Source: Lingula anatina
Lineage: Eukaryota; Animalia; Brachiopoda
DNA length: 64,000 nt
Assembly: GCA_051362555.1 (NCBI GenBank)
Contig: CM120646.1
Span: 4,340,001 to 4,404,000, forward strand
Reading direction: 5' to 3'
Part shown: positions 13,601-27,164 of the stretch, one piece after another
Numbering within the stretch: the first letter of the stretch is position 1
Layout: the number at the start of each line of letters is the position of its first letter
Translations under genes and position numbers: made by a program
The notes under the pieces: generated by a model
Databases searched by the model: none
What the model saw: only the letters and a program-made list of their open reading frames with translations
What the model was told of the DNA's origin: nothing

Positions 13601-14167
13601 ATACTGAGCAGTCGAGTCCAATATGATACCGATTCATTGTTTTTCTTGGCTTGCAAACTTTAGGCTTGTTATGAGTACAAAAATTAATATTTAGAATAAA
13701 AGAGAATTACAGTATGCTATTATACTTCCCAGGATATTTTTCTTATTGAAATTATACAAATGACTTTGCCATGTATGATTGTATAAAAGCAAGAAATATA
13801 TGATAATCATATTATAATAATGAAAAAGTCTTACATTATGCATACCATAATTTCTGTATGTTAATTTTGGAATTATTATCATTTTATCTGATATAATGAC
13901 ATTAAAAGTACTGCTAGAAAAAATATATTTGATTATAATCAAGAATTTTGGTCCAATGTATGTTATTACCAGATATGTATTTTTTCTTTGATAGCTTATG
14001 TGTTCCAAACAGTCTTCATGATAACTGCCGCATATCTGATGACTCCTGCTGCAGCCATTACTGCCATCACCATAGCAGTGGGCTTTGGGGGCTTAACCTG
14101 GGCGGGATTTAGTGTCAATCACTTGGATATTGCACCACAGGTAAGAAACAAATTCTTGATATGGGCG

Positions 14168-14204
<37 letters not shown>

Positions 14205-15129
14205 TGTCAATCATTTTCTTGATGTTGGCTAGATTTGGTGTCAGACACCAGTGTGTAACATTACATGTCAGTGGGTGCATTTTGTTTTCTGTTTTTTTTT
14301 TCTTATTATATTCTTTAAAATTATTCCCAGCATCAACTTAAAAAAAAAATTTGAATCTGCAATTTAATTTACTGTATATTTTTACAGATGTCGCCATTAT
14401 TTTCCTCAGAGCAGTAAACCACTTTTGGACAAGATTAGAATTCTTAATTATTTGCTTAATTTTTGTTAGATTGAATTGTGTCTGTATATTTGCAAACTTT
14501 GGTGTCTTATTCCAGTATGCCAGTATTTTGATGGGTGTGTCCAATACCTTTGCCACACTTCCTGGTATTATAAGTCCTGGATTGACTGGAGCCATTGTAC
14601 AGCATAAGGTAACCACACTAGAAGTCTTCCAGGATCTTCTGTTCACTTGATATATTGCCAACACATTCTCATGAAATAAATTTGAATCCTATTTTTGTAC
14701 ATGTGAAATGCTACAACAACTTAGCTTGAGTTGATCATATTTTCAACATCAGTGTTTTGCTTATGATTCATCTTTTTTTCAATAATGCTTTTCAAAACTC
14801 AGCAGGTTATTACGGACTTTATACCTTAAAAGAAAAAAGTGACTGAAAATGGCATTTAATTTATATGGATAGTTGACATATAATTGGCATGCTTTGTATA
14901 GTTTTTACATCATTTTATATCCTCCCAATTAACAAATCACCACAATTTTTTCCAGCTGGCTTCTGAATGGCGGATAGTGTTCTACATAAGTGCTGCCATC
15001 TATCTACTTGGGGCTGTGGTTTTTGGGCTATGTGCTTCTGGGGAGAGACAAGACTGGGCTCAGATGCCAATGGGGTACATGCCTCATCTGGACCCAGACG
15101 AGGAAACAGAAGCAGAGGAGGAGCAATAG
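7294..15129 (+). CDS. SLC17A5: SLC17 family MFS anion transporter, sialin-like; exons approx 7294-7468, 7849-7940, 9777-9867, 10611-10756, 11182-11268, 11632-11718, 12090-12222, 12605-12754, 13352-13485, 13995-14140, 14516-14608, 14956-15129
   Basis: [95 protein letters not shown]; canonical GT-AG junctions. The symbol is the best subfamily guess. Confidence 0.88.
7495..7628. repeat. Interrupted (AG)n microsatellite
   Basis: Seen directly. Confidence 0.95.
10019..10185. mobile_element. Small MITE-like element in an SLC17 intron
   Basis: Inverted ends CTGGGGTAGC / GCTACCCCAG with internal TTAGCCAA / TTGGCTAA subterminal motifs. Confidence 0.6.
11890..12103 (+). repeat. 54-56 bp tandem repeat (about 4 copies) spanning a splice acceptor of SLC17
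   Basis: Unit aaccaatgacatgtcttgttacaacacacattag|gtgctctggcaatcatcatttc. Confidence 0.9.
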
Positions 15130-17783
15130 TCAAAATAAATGTCTGAATTTTATTGAAATAGTCAGTTTTAGTTTTTATTAATGTCAGTCTGTGTAAATGG
15201 AATTAATGTCTGCTCATTTAGTGTCAGTCGCTTAATAATTAAGGTACCAGTACAACAGACTGTAGCAAAGGGTTAGATCCTATATCTACTTGCTTGGCTG
15301 AAAACACTGAACCATGTTTCTCTAGAATGGCTTACCATGGCAACCTGCCTGGAACTGTTGCTTGCATCAAATAAAAATTATCATTTTACCAATAAAAAAA
15401 CACTAACATTCCTGTTGGGGCCTGTTGTACAGAAAAAATTTAACCGGCGATAAATCAGTGATAGACCCATTAAATGGGATAGTGTGCCTGTTTGAAGTAA
15501 GAAAAATGTGGCTGATGCTTCAAATATTTATTTTTTACCATATATAATTATACATATATTATAGATTTATTCATATTCAGATATTACTTACATTATATAT
15601 GTGGACTACTGCATACATATCTTGAACTGAAATAGACTACAGTTTTGGTATTAATAATATCAGTTTAGACCAGTTTTCAGACATTCCTTGAGTAAAACGG
15701 TCCCCCTGGTTATTCATCCCTCAGAGACGTGTCAGAATGGGAATAGTTCAGTCCTTTGTTGGCATACAGTGTTAAGAATCTGGAATACTTGTTGTTATCA
15801 TTGTTAATTTATTTAATGGTGCAGCTGGTTGTTGACGTGTTAGCAGTGAAATTGTTGAGTATATGAATTAAGAATACTTGAAGCAGATATGAAGAATTTT
15901 TATGAAAGTGGGGAAATTGTAGAACGTTCCAATACAGAACATTATCACAATATTATATTTTTATTGCTTAAAGTGTTATTGTCTATATAGAATTCCGCAC
16001 AGTACTTATTGTGAATTCCTGGTCGTGAAAACAGACAATTTACACAAATTACTTTTACTTAAAGGAATTCCCCTTTATATATTTACTAATATTAATATAT
16101 TTTATGAAATGTATTCAGAAATATTTTCTAAGTATGTATTTATTTACATCACACTTGCTCAATAGGACAATATAGCTGAAGAAAAAGGCAGTTTTGAGGG
16201 TTAACGTGTTAGCCATGACTTTTTACCACTATATCTTTATTTTATGAATAATTAAGAACTTGTTAAAGAAATCTCTGATAATGATATTTGTCCTGTGCAT
16301 TTGTGAATTTTAATCTTTTTTATCAGAAACTGGTATTTATAAACATCTTCAGGTTTTTTGAAGATATTGCTTGCAAACTTTTCCGATTAATATTGTAACA
16401 GGTGTTTGTGGCATGGTATAACAGTTTTACAGGAAACAGACATTAATGAATATTGTATCCAACTGTCATGATTATAATATCATATTTTCATGAATTTAGT
16501 TGCAGATGTTTTCAAGGAGGCTTTAGAATTAAGACAGAATACCTCTCTGGGATGAAATTGTGCAATAGCCTTGTTGTAATAAATGTGCAAGTTGAAAAAA
16601 GGTATTGATTAGTCTGCTTTGTTTTAAAGGAAAATGGTTAATATTCCATTAAATTATGTGAAGTCGTTATGGAAATGGCAGCATTGAAATATTACAGGAG
16701 TTACATCAAAGAAGGTTCTTTAAAATAGTCTGTTAAGGAAACAAGGAGATAACCAGCTTGAAAGTTTCTCACAACACTAGGAACTAGATGTAGACTATAA
16801 GATTAAGTGTTTATTATGACAATCAGATATTTTGTAAAATTGAAGGTTTCAACACGTGACAGATATTTTACATAAAATACTTATAACACTCATCAATGTT
16901 ACCAGCAACCCTCCACCATTAAAATAGATATAACAGGAGCTTGTATTTATATGGACTATATTGTGGTAATTATCATTTTGCCAATGATACACAAATAATA
17001 ATTCAAATGATCAAGGGATCACACTCTTGAATATCATTATATTTTCACTAATACTAATATGCATATTGATATCACTCTTTCAAATTAACATTTTTAAAGT
17101 TAAGGTTGATCTTGAACACTCTGAACACATCTCATACTCATTTGGAGATGACATTTGTACTTCTCAAAAACATTCAATGGTTCTAAAATGGTCATTTAAA
17201 AATGTCTTGCTGAATTGTTTGCAATGCCTCCACTTAATGGTGCTACCCAGCAAGTCACCATGGAAACTTTACAAATTTAAACTGATATTTAAAAAAATAA
17301 TAATAATAAAAATAAATAAATAAACTAAAATTGCACCTACCAAGTTAACCTTGGCTTCACGCCAGTCCTTAATTTTACAAATGTTCTTTTCCTTTGGTCT
17401 ATTATTGATGAAAACAGGTTCCTCATTTTATCAAGTATTATTTACAGTGCTCCAGGTGTCACTTTTTCCAAGATGAGCTGTTGGCTCTAAAAAGTGGGAG
17501 CAGAGGCTGTGATGTCCCTAAAACACTCCACACACTTTGTTCAATGGTATGGCACGGTCTGGAACAGGGGATACGAAGAAATGAAAATTTCTCAAAGAAA
17601 GCGTGGACATTTATAAAATGAAGCAGTATTGTTTTGAGTTTCCATTATTGTGAGGATTTCTCTTTTTAAAGAGAATTAAGGCTGACGCAATCACAGCCCA
17701 AAGTTTCACAAAAAGACTTCAAGTTTTTTCTCTACTTCAGTAAGAACTAAATTGCTGTAGTCCCTAAAATTAAAGTTCTTGTC

Positions 17784-17941
17784 TATGAGCACATTCAGAA
17801 CAGCAAACTAACAGATCCACAGATCAAATATGTCCCACTGTGCGGAATCTGTACAATGTCTAATCATGGATTAAGCAGCAAGCTTTATAGTGGGTCGCCA
17901 TATTTGATCTGTGGATCTGTTAGTTCTGGATGCCCTCTATA
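17784..17941. mobile_element. Foldback MITE-like element
   Basis: 27-bp perfect inverted repeat AACTAACAGATCCACAGATCAAATATG (17806-17832) / its reverse complement ending at 17925, with weaker outer extension. Confidence 0.75.
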
Positions 17942-19169
17942 GCATTCTAGTCACGTCTTTCTTCCTATAAGCATACTTTATTTAATGCCTATGAATCTGA
18001 GGTCAAAGGAGACTGAAATTTTGAAGTTCTCATAGGAAATGGCCCCTGAATTTAACATTTTACAAGACAGCTGTGTGACAGAATGTAGGCACCATTTCTC
18101 TGCAAAAACTCCCTAACCCCCATTTGTGCGTTAGTTTGTGAAAAAAGAGAAGCTTTTTGAGTTTAAATGGCTAAAGATATGCCCAATTAGCCAGAGATTC
18201 AGAGAAGATGTCTCCCAGCTTTTTCATTTTCACATTTCACTTATGCTTACTGAAGAAGTGCTACAATGACTGTGACCAAAATTTTTTAATAAATTATTAA
18301 AATAAAAATATTTGAAAATGAGAAAGCTGGCAAATATCAGATCTCAAGGTTCAGGAATTGACTGCTGTACAAATAGGCCAATATGAGGCAGCGTGCCAAC
18401 ATAATGGATATTCAAAATGTACAAATTTTCAACTAACAATATTTTAAAACTCTAGGGAGAAACATGAATCCAGTATGGAAAGAAAACCTATTTTTAAAGT
18501 CTGATACAATGGTTCAGGCATTTAAGAATGCCAATAAAAATTATATTAAAAGATATTATATTAAAAAGGAGCTTATATTATAGTAAATACCACAATTAAA
18601 ATTGGCTACTCTCAATTTTAGTCATTTTTCTTCAAATCTCATCTTAAAAGATCTTAATACTATACGTTAATACTGCAGATCCAGTAATTATAAATATTAG
18701 TACAACATTACAGTAGTTTTAGGTTGCAGGAGGTACATGCACTTCATGAATAGTAGATACAACCTCAATTGGTTACGAATACAGTGATGATACATAGGAT
18801 CATCATCAACAAAAACTTATAATGATAAATTAACAATAAATAAATACATTGTGAGTTGAAAATGCTCAAATGAATACCTCCATCCTGAATCCACTAATGA
18901 AAATATAAGTTATAAATTCTGACATTTTTATCTTTTAAAATCAATTCCTAAAAAATTAACAGACCTGAATCCTGATGGATAAAAACTTTAAAACTGACAG
19001 AATTTCCTGTTAAAAAATATACAGTGCCATTATGCAATAAGCTATGGACCAAGAAATCACATCATTATTGCCAGATTCAAGGATCTGAAAGCCAGGTCGA
19101 GGGAATAGCCAGGGTCAGTTGTTGTTAAATGACTGATAACAGTTAGTGCCTATCTACCACAAGCTGATT

Positions 19170-21772
19170 CTAGAATATTCCGCAAACTTGGTTCTTCGGC
19201 AGGGCATGATCTGAAACAAATGACAATGGTAAATAAAGCCAAGCAGCTGCAGCCTTTTAATCTTCACATTACGGTTTTATGTTCAGCTTATGTTTATGGA
19301 TGTACCCGTTTCAGATTTGAAATCAGTTATTTAAACAATTTTTTTAAGCAGTAAAGCCATTTAATTGAGGTATTCTTTTAAAAGCAAAGCACAGGCACTA
19401 GTAACCAAATGGCAAATAATCACTGTTAGCATAAACTTTAAAGCAAGTCAACTTGAGTTTTATTATGACCAAGCTGTCCCTCAGATGTGCTAACATGGCA
19501 CCAATATTACCCAGGGACATCAACGTGACCCGGGATCTAACCCATGGCAATTTTAAAAGCAAGCAATTTACCCATGTGGAAATAGCCCAGTTACTCACCA
19601 ATCTGTTTAGGGTAAGGCAAGTTGAGGTTTTCCATAATTTTGATGAATTCTTCCTTAGACTTGGTCAGCCGAGGGTTACACTTCTTCTCCTCGGCCACTG
19701 TCGTCACACTTTGACCTGTGGGAGGTTAAAGAGACATATACGAACCGAGCATCGATGGAACGAGGATTCCCAGTTACACATATAAACCACTTCTACTATT
19801 TTCTTATACAACTCAAATATAAAGTTGACGTGCTAAAGGATAAACCAAGTAAATCACTCGATCAGTCATAAAAAAGCTTAAACTGTTTTGGTTGAAAACT
19901 TGACCTACTTAGACCTAGAGCAGGGTATCTGGTGGAAATGATAATATAATATAATATCATGGACAGACTCATACCTGTGTACCTGTGCTGAGTAGAGCAG
20001 GGTTTCCGGTGGAAATGATAATATAATATTGTGGACAGACTCATACCTGACTAGTCATGTGCTGGGTAGAGCAGGGTATCCGGTGGAAATGATAATATCG
20101 TATCATGGACAGACTCATACCTGTGTACCTGTGCTGAGTAGAGCAGGGTATCCGGTGGAAATGATAATATAATATTGTGGACAGACTCATACCTGACTAG
20201 TCATGTGCTGGGTAGAGCAGGGTATCCGGTGGAAATGATAATATCATATCATGGACAGACTCATACCTGTGTAATCATGTGCCGGGTAGAGCAGGGTATC
20301 CGGTGGTAGTGACAATATAACATTATGAACAGAGTCATACAGGGTTCCCGGATTGCCTGAAATTAAATGAACACTTGAATAATAATTAACAAAATACAAA
20401 AAATTATATGCAATTAGGCAGAAAGAAATGCACAAGTTTACAGATCTGATTTTGCATCATGAGTGTTACATCTGCGAAAACTATCAAAAGTGAAAAAAAT
20501 CAGAACTTAATCATGCATTCTTTTTCATAAAAGAAGAAAAAAACTTCATATAGACTCAAAATGGAACAAATCTGAAATATCTGAAATACAGTGACAAAAG
20601 TCCTTTGTCATGTTTTACATAAAAACTTGAATGAATCTTGTGTGTGTGTCAGTACATTCAAGGCTAAATAATGTACATAGACCTGAAATATATATACACA
20701 GTCCTATGCATGCGCATACACACACGCACATGCACACACACGCACACATTACCTTGCTGGAAGTCTGTTCTACCACAGCCCCTGATAAGCAGGGCATCCC
20801 CAGTGAATGCAATTCCCTGTTCATGCCATATGAATGTCATACAACCTGTAAGATAGATCAGCGTATGATTATCAACATATCACCAGAGACTTGAAGACGG
20901 GAGGGGGGGGGGGGGGGGGGGGGGGGGGGCAGGTATGAAGGCCGAAAAACACATTCTGGAAAAGTCTGCTTGTACTGTATACATTCAATGTTATTTTGCA
21001 AGCTGGGTCAACTGAGAGGGTTAAACTGTGAATATCAATTTAATACTAACTTAATAATGCAGTATGTTATGAAATCTTTAAAATTATGAAACAGCTCCTT
21101 GGAACATTGCTGAAATGCACGAAAGTTCTCATAGGGAGAATTGTCAAAATATATTGGGGCCAATACTGACATAAGAAAACCTACCATCTGTATGACCGGG
21201 AGTTTTCTTTGCCTCCATCTTGAATTTCCCAAACTCAAAAGTATCCCCGTCATCTAGGTATATGTCTGCCTGGGCCCCACTGTACTTGGAAATAACGCTC
21301 TTACATCCAGCGATCTCCTGCTTCAGTTTGCCACTTCCTGTCACATGGTCTGCGTGCATATGTGTATTTACTGAAAGAAAACATTATATCCAATAGTTTC
21401 GTTTACAAAAGTACAAAATAAGTTTTCCATTCAACTGTTTCAAAAATGCCATGTATGTTTTGCAAGAGAGCAATTTTTTATTATCATTTAAACATTTCTG
21501 TCAATCATTTTAGGATCACTCTTTACAAATTCCAAGAGACTAGTACGAAAATGATGGCTACATAAGAAACATGACTGCGCATCCCACTGTCAACTGATGT
21601 CACCATAGAAACAGACCCTAAAACACATGACAAAGGGTATCATTTGTAACACATCCATGCATCCTAAATATTATCTTACTACAGGAATTATAACAAGAAT
21701 ATGAGATGGTCTGTCACATCTCTAACAAAGGTCAAACCACTAAAACGGTACCTCTATAAACTGATGGGGCAC

Positions 21773-21868
<96 letters not shown>

Positions 21869-23919
21869 GTAGGTATACAGACAGACAGACAGATAACAGG
21901 ACTATACATGAATAAACACTAAAAAGATAAATTAAGGGTAAAATTTGTTCATTTAAAATATGTACCAAATACAACACTGTAGCCTCTTACCCGTGAGTTT
22001 GAGATTTAAACCCAGCTCATTTATGACCTTCAAGTCTCTGCTCACCAGTTCATAAACGGGATCTATCAGCACCGCCTCCTTGGAGTTAGCATCAGCTATC
22101 AGGTAGGAGTACGTGAAGCTAGTGTGGTCAAACAACTGGAAATAACAGGATTGAAATGTGTTGTCACAACTAACACAATGGCAGTGTATGAAGCTGTCAT
22201 GGACGAACAACAGCTAGCGATAGGATTTCCTGTGTGCTGTCACAATTAAGGCAGGCGTATGCTCTTAATGTGATACCTCTGGAAAAATGCATTAGAATAG
22301 AAAAGTGTACTCACATTTAACACACTATTACTCTGTGAAGCTAAAGCCAAGGATCTGGCACAGTCAAGACTGCAATATGTCACTGCCACATCTAACGCAA
22401 TGTTACTGTGGAACACTGCCAAAGTCTAATATGATAGCTTTAAAATGTACTTTCACGTATACAACCCTAAAATGCACTTGAAGCACTGCAGTACTATAAT
22501 GCCATCAATGAGGTATGTCCTGAAAGATGCATTTTGAGAATCTTGCTCAATCATTAATGATTTGCTTTTTGCAAATGTGATCCAGAATTAATAGAGGAAA
22601 GGTTTTGGCTCTACTAACCAAGGTATGTACCCCCCCCCCCCCCCCCCCCCTCCCACCAGGCATACGTGATACCAATGTCACCTTCAATGACACTAATTCA
22701 TCAAGTTTAAAGAGACTTACCAATTTAAATTGTTTCTCATGCTGTAAGTGCCTTTTAATAGGTATGTAAATCAAACATTTAACCCTGGACGTACTTATAA
22801 AATTTACGTGTAAGCTGGTTGGTATAATAACCTGGAATAAATTCCTCAGTGAATATAAATACTTACTAGTAGTATACTATGCAGGTGACTTCTTGAATTG
22901 CCATATTTGTATTCAAGAGATGATAATGTATTCACTTTTTTCAATTACGTTAAATAAAAGTCAAGGACTAGTTCTTATCAGCTCTATCCTGTTTTTGATA
23001 CCATTTTTGTATTCAAGATATGATAATGTGTACAATTAAAAACCTGTTTGACGGTTTCTTTAGCCCAAGCTCTATATTTATCAGGTAAACCCTGGAAATA
23101 CTAGTGTATAGATGTATGATTCAAAACTTTTTTTTTCAAATACATTTCATCAGCTGTGTTATGTTATAAGAATAAAGAAGTTTTTTCTTCAGTCAACACC
23201 TAAATATTGAAATATCGAAGGTAAACAATTCCATCATTAAGCTGTTGATTGAAGAAAAATTCTGTTAACAGACACTGTATTACTTGATGCTGAAGGAAAA
23301 TGCAGATGATTCAGAAGTAGACATGTCGTGACTACGGATCAGATGCAAGGTGGCAAAACACTTCGAAAGAGTTTAGGAAGAGTAGAAAGCAAAACTATGA
23401 AAAAGATTAAATATTCTTGTCTGGATTTCATAAACTAGTGTTCCTTAGAATAAAACAAAATCTCTAAAATCCCATGTTTTTGTTCTTAATTAATATATTG
23501 TAATAAAAAGCCTGCTTATCTCATTGTGTTAATTTGTGTATTTTTTAAAATTATAATTGGGCCAGTGAGTTTTGTTTCGATTGGGCCAGTAGATTCACAG
23601 ACCCTAGTGGCCCAGATGGCCTGTAAGTTGAAAAGCATTTAACACAGATTACAATCGATTACATGTAATTTAATATGGGGCCATTTCAAAGCAAACGTCA
23701 AAACTTGACAGCAAACGTTAAGAAGAAATATACCTGTCTAAAAATGAACCCCTTCGGACCCGCCGCTGCAGCACACATACATCTTGCCTGCAAGAGTGTC
23801 TGGTTGAGAGAAACGCCGGCAGCGGGGCCGGTAGGGACCTTGCCGAGCGCCTGTGGCACGGCGAAAGAACTTCTCACGAGCCTTCCCGCAACCCTCGTCA
23901 GTGTGTTCAAGGGCGGCAT
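19170..23919 (-). CDS. ETHE1: Mitochondrial persulfide dioxygenase; exons 23919-23734, 22135-21991, 21370-21185, 20845-20753, 20356-20267, 19715-19599, 19210-19170
   Basis: Arg-rich N-terminal transit peptide, [73 protein letters not shown]. Confidence 0.96.
19910..20340 (-). repeat. 72-74 bp tandem repeat (about 5 extra copies) derived from ETHE1 exon 5 and its donor site
   Basis: Repeated CCACCGGATACCCTGCTCTAC...CAG|GTATGAGT on the minus strand. Confidence 0.9.
21774..21893. repeat. Compound (AAT)n/(AGAT)n/(AGAC)n microsatellite
   Basis: Seen directly. Confidence 0.95.
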
Positions 23920-24100
23920 GCTGTCCGAGGTCAGACGCTATTTTTGTGCGCTATATCAATCCCGGCTACTGTATCGTCCGAGGCTGCCCTTAGTGCTGCT
24001 GTCAACTTAAATGCGGAGATCCCGGGGAAAACGTGATTACAAGGGTCAGGAACACATGGCAAACGTGTTTATTTCAGACCATTATTTACCACAAGGTAGA
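23920..24100. promoter_or_regulatory. Probable bidirectional promoter region of ETHE1/ANAPC13
   Basis: CpG-rich island between the divergent genes; ANAPC13 coding exon has an acceptor at 25251 so needs an upstream non-coding exon. Confidence 0.5.
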
Positions 24101-25267
24101 GCTATTGTTTTATTTTTCAAGACAAGCCATAAATGGTCGCAATTTTGGCCATAAAAGGCCACAAATATTGTTTTTATCATGCATTTCAAAGGTGTTAAGA
24201 TGCGCACAACATCACCGATCCCATTATGCAATCTGTATAATCTTTACGGGGCTCGTAAACTGTTATAAAGCTTATCTTTCTGCATACCATTGACCTCCTT
24301 TTGTGACTTACCCGTGGCGGGATCACCTCTACTGCCGTAGCTGTACGTAGTCCAGGGAACAGCTGCCTCGTAGTCCGAATTCATGTAAAATATTGAGGAA
24401 GCCAGAAAGAGGGTAACATATTCATCAATTCTGGCCCAGGGCACTGAACCAGGGACATAATTTTTCCAAGCAAGGTGGTTTATTTTTAAATCTCACAACG
24501 TTTTAAACGAGATTTACTGAGGAGTGGGGAGGGGGGGGGGGGGGCTTAGTCAGGAGCGTGTTTGTTTATGAGCAGGGACCTGGCGGGGGGCAAAGTCAAG
24601 TAGACTTGGTAAAGTCCATACAGCAAGTCTGAGGCAAGCTTATCTTTACTAGACAACTTCGATCACAAGTGTCTTCCCCTTATCACTGATAGCCAATATT
24701 TTGACTTCATAACACTGTACGGCGGGATCAAACGGGCATGGTTTGGATGCTTCTGGAGGTCCAGATGCATACACAGCCCCCTCCCCCAAAATCCAACTTT
24801 TTAGTATTTGAATTGCAATTTTTTAATTCAGTTATATCAAGGATACTGTATATCAATATTGGCGTTTATCAGTGTCTCTGCTTTTCAGATAAATTATTTT
24901 GACAGGTTATTCTCATTTTACCTTAGTATTGATTTTTTATCAATTTGGAAAAGGAACTTCAAACCTGTTCAAATAGAATGAGGCTTCTGAAACTGGGAGT
25001 AAACATAAGGGTCATCCAGTTTGGTGAATTAATTAAGATCAGAGGAAAATAAAACCCAATGGATATATACACTAAATACTTCGACTGTGCTTTATTGACA
25101 ATGTATTAACTCTGATTGGTCAGATGACTATATTTTTCCAGATTTTTGTTTACTTTTATATCAAAGCAGCTAATTTGTGGGTTGCTCAAGTAATAGTTCA
25201 TAAACATTTTGCCAATTTGCTTAAAAACTTTTTTTTTCCAATGTTATTTCAGAAACTCCATTCAGTC

Positions 25268-25498
25268 ATGGACAGTGTTTGTCAGAGAGATGGCCGCCTC
25301 ATGGATATTGTGGATCAGAGGTGGCGTGAGGAAAACAAGCTGCCCTACGAAGACATAGCAGTACCAGAAATGGAGCTCCCCGACCCTGAGCCAGATAATG
25401 GACACAGTAATGAGACTCTCCAAGAACTAGAGCAGAAATGGACTGACCTTGGTCTTAGCAGTTTACATGAACAGCAGAATACAGGGGGACAGAGCTGA
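25268..25498 (+). CDS. ANAPC13: Anaphase-promoting complex subunit 13 (76 aa, single coding exon)
   Basis: MDSVCQRDGRLMDIVDQRWREENKLPYEDIAVP...EQKWTDLGL matches the APC13 pattern MDSxxQRDGRxxDxxDxxWREDKLPYED...KWTDLxL. Confidence 0.95.
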   Translation: MDSVCQRDGRLMDIVDQRWREENKLPYEDIAVPEMELPDPEPDNGHSNETLQELEQKWTDLGLSSLHEQQNTGGQS

Positions 25499-25852
25499 GA
25501 ACAACATAACTCAAGGAGATGGAGGGCAGAGCTGAGGAGGGGTGGAGGCTGAGAACTGAAATACCCATTCAGAAATGTGACATAGCTGAGATTGCACTAA
25601 GATCTAAGGATGGGTGGGTGGGGGGGGGGGGGGCAGAGGTGATAACTGAAACATCTGTTAAGATATATGGCATAGCTGAGAACTGAAATAGCCATTCAGA
25701 AATATGGCATAGCTGAGATTCCACTAGGATCCAGCATACATGTGTGTTAAACATTTCAGCCCATTGCTGATTCACTCGGACCATTAAACCACATTTAAGT
25801 TGAAGAGTAAATCAGGTCAAAGGGTGACGAATTAAGTGGCGTCTACTGTATT

Positions 25853-26023
25853 CAGGCCTGTAGCCAGGGGGGGTGGGGTGTTCAGGGAGTTCGAAGAACC
25901 CCCTTTTTGCTGGGAAAAGGTCCCCTCTGGGTAAAATTCTATCTAGGTACACAAAGGTTTTATGGTAAAAGGTCCACTTTTTCAGAAAAAGAACCTCCCT
26001 TGAAATTGCTGGCTATGGGCCCA
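25853..26023. mobile_element. G-rich MITE-like element
   Basis: Ends CAGGCCTGTAGCCAG / CTGGCTATGGGCCCAG and internal AAAAGGTCCACTTT; a related copy lies at ~12820-13033. Confidence 0.6.
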
Positions 26024-26667
26024 GTATTATTGTATTGCCACTGTAAGCCATGGTAATGTGCAGTGATACTACAGAAATTGCACTGTAAGATGTATAAAAA
26101 CATGGAGTTGTAATTTTTATGTTCTATCAAGATGGATTTAGAACAAGTAAATACAAAGGAGGACCTTACTACTGAAAGTGTTTCTTGTAACTTGAGAGTT
26201 TGAAGATCATATATACTGGAGGACATGGGGGGGGGGAGGGGCGCAAAATCTATAAGAAACACCAATAATGTTTCTTTTCATGTTCATATTTTTCTTCACA
26301 TTTATTAATTTTGATAAAATAAAAAGTAAACAGCAGAGTAAACATATTTTGTTCTTTTATTTTTCTAACTAAAATGGTTTGTGTGAAAAAATACTTTGGT
26401 TTATAATGCACTGTTTGAATGTGAATGATAAAGTCAGTAATTGTAAAATCTACAGATCATTTTCCTGGGAGCATTTTCCTGCACAAGATAGCCTTAGCAA
26501 CAAGATGAAGCATGGGTGAAAGACCTCCATACCATTCATTTCATAATTCATGAGTCTGTCTTCACACAAATATGTCTGGCTGGATGATTTTGTTAGCTTA
26601 GTTGACTCTCTTACATATAAGCCATTTATGTATAAATTTTCTATACATGAAAATGTATCAGTAGACC

Positions 26668-26830
26668 GCTTGATTGTGAAAACAGCTAGGTAAATCTTGC
26701 CTTGTGGTCAACTAAATATTCTCTTGATTGTGAAAACAGCCAAGTATGCTTGCCTTGTGGTCAATCAAATATTCTCTTGACCACTTGATTGTGAAAACAG
26801 CCAAGTTCGTCTTGCCTTGTGGTCAACCAA
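26668..26830. repeat. Three-copy ~55-62 bp tandem repeat
   Basis: cttgattgtgaaaacagc...cttgccttgtggtcaa x3. Confidence 0.85.
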
Positions 26831-27164
26831 TTGTTCTCACAGCTGTTTGTACCAAATGGATGTCCTGACATGACACAAACTGACTTTCTTGAGCCACGCG
26901 TCCATGCAACACTGTTCCAAAATTCATAGGCAGAAACAAGTCAGATTTGCTAACTGAAACATAAACCTGTAGTCCCTCACAATTTGTCTGTAAAACTGAA
27001 GCTGGGTCAGTCAAATTGCAGATTTGTTCAGCATCTGGCCACTGGTTCTGCTTCTGGTTTGAGTCAGCAGATTCCTGTACCCTGGTGTTCTAAGGTTAAA
27101 AAGTCTTTGGTGTGGACTGTCATCTCTTGGAATCAATACAGATACCTGCACTGATTGGCTGCTG

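Noticed and set aside
19500-19575. tRNA-like fragment in an ETHE1 intron
   Set aside because: No cloverleaf can be built; at most a decayed SINE head
24244-24460. Short ORF / GC-rich segment between ETHE1 and ANAPC13
   Set aside because: No recognisable protein; looks like an interspersed repeat but ends could not be defined
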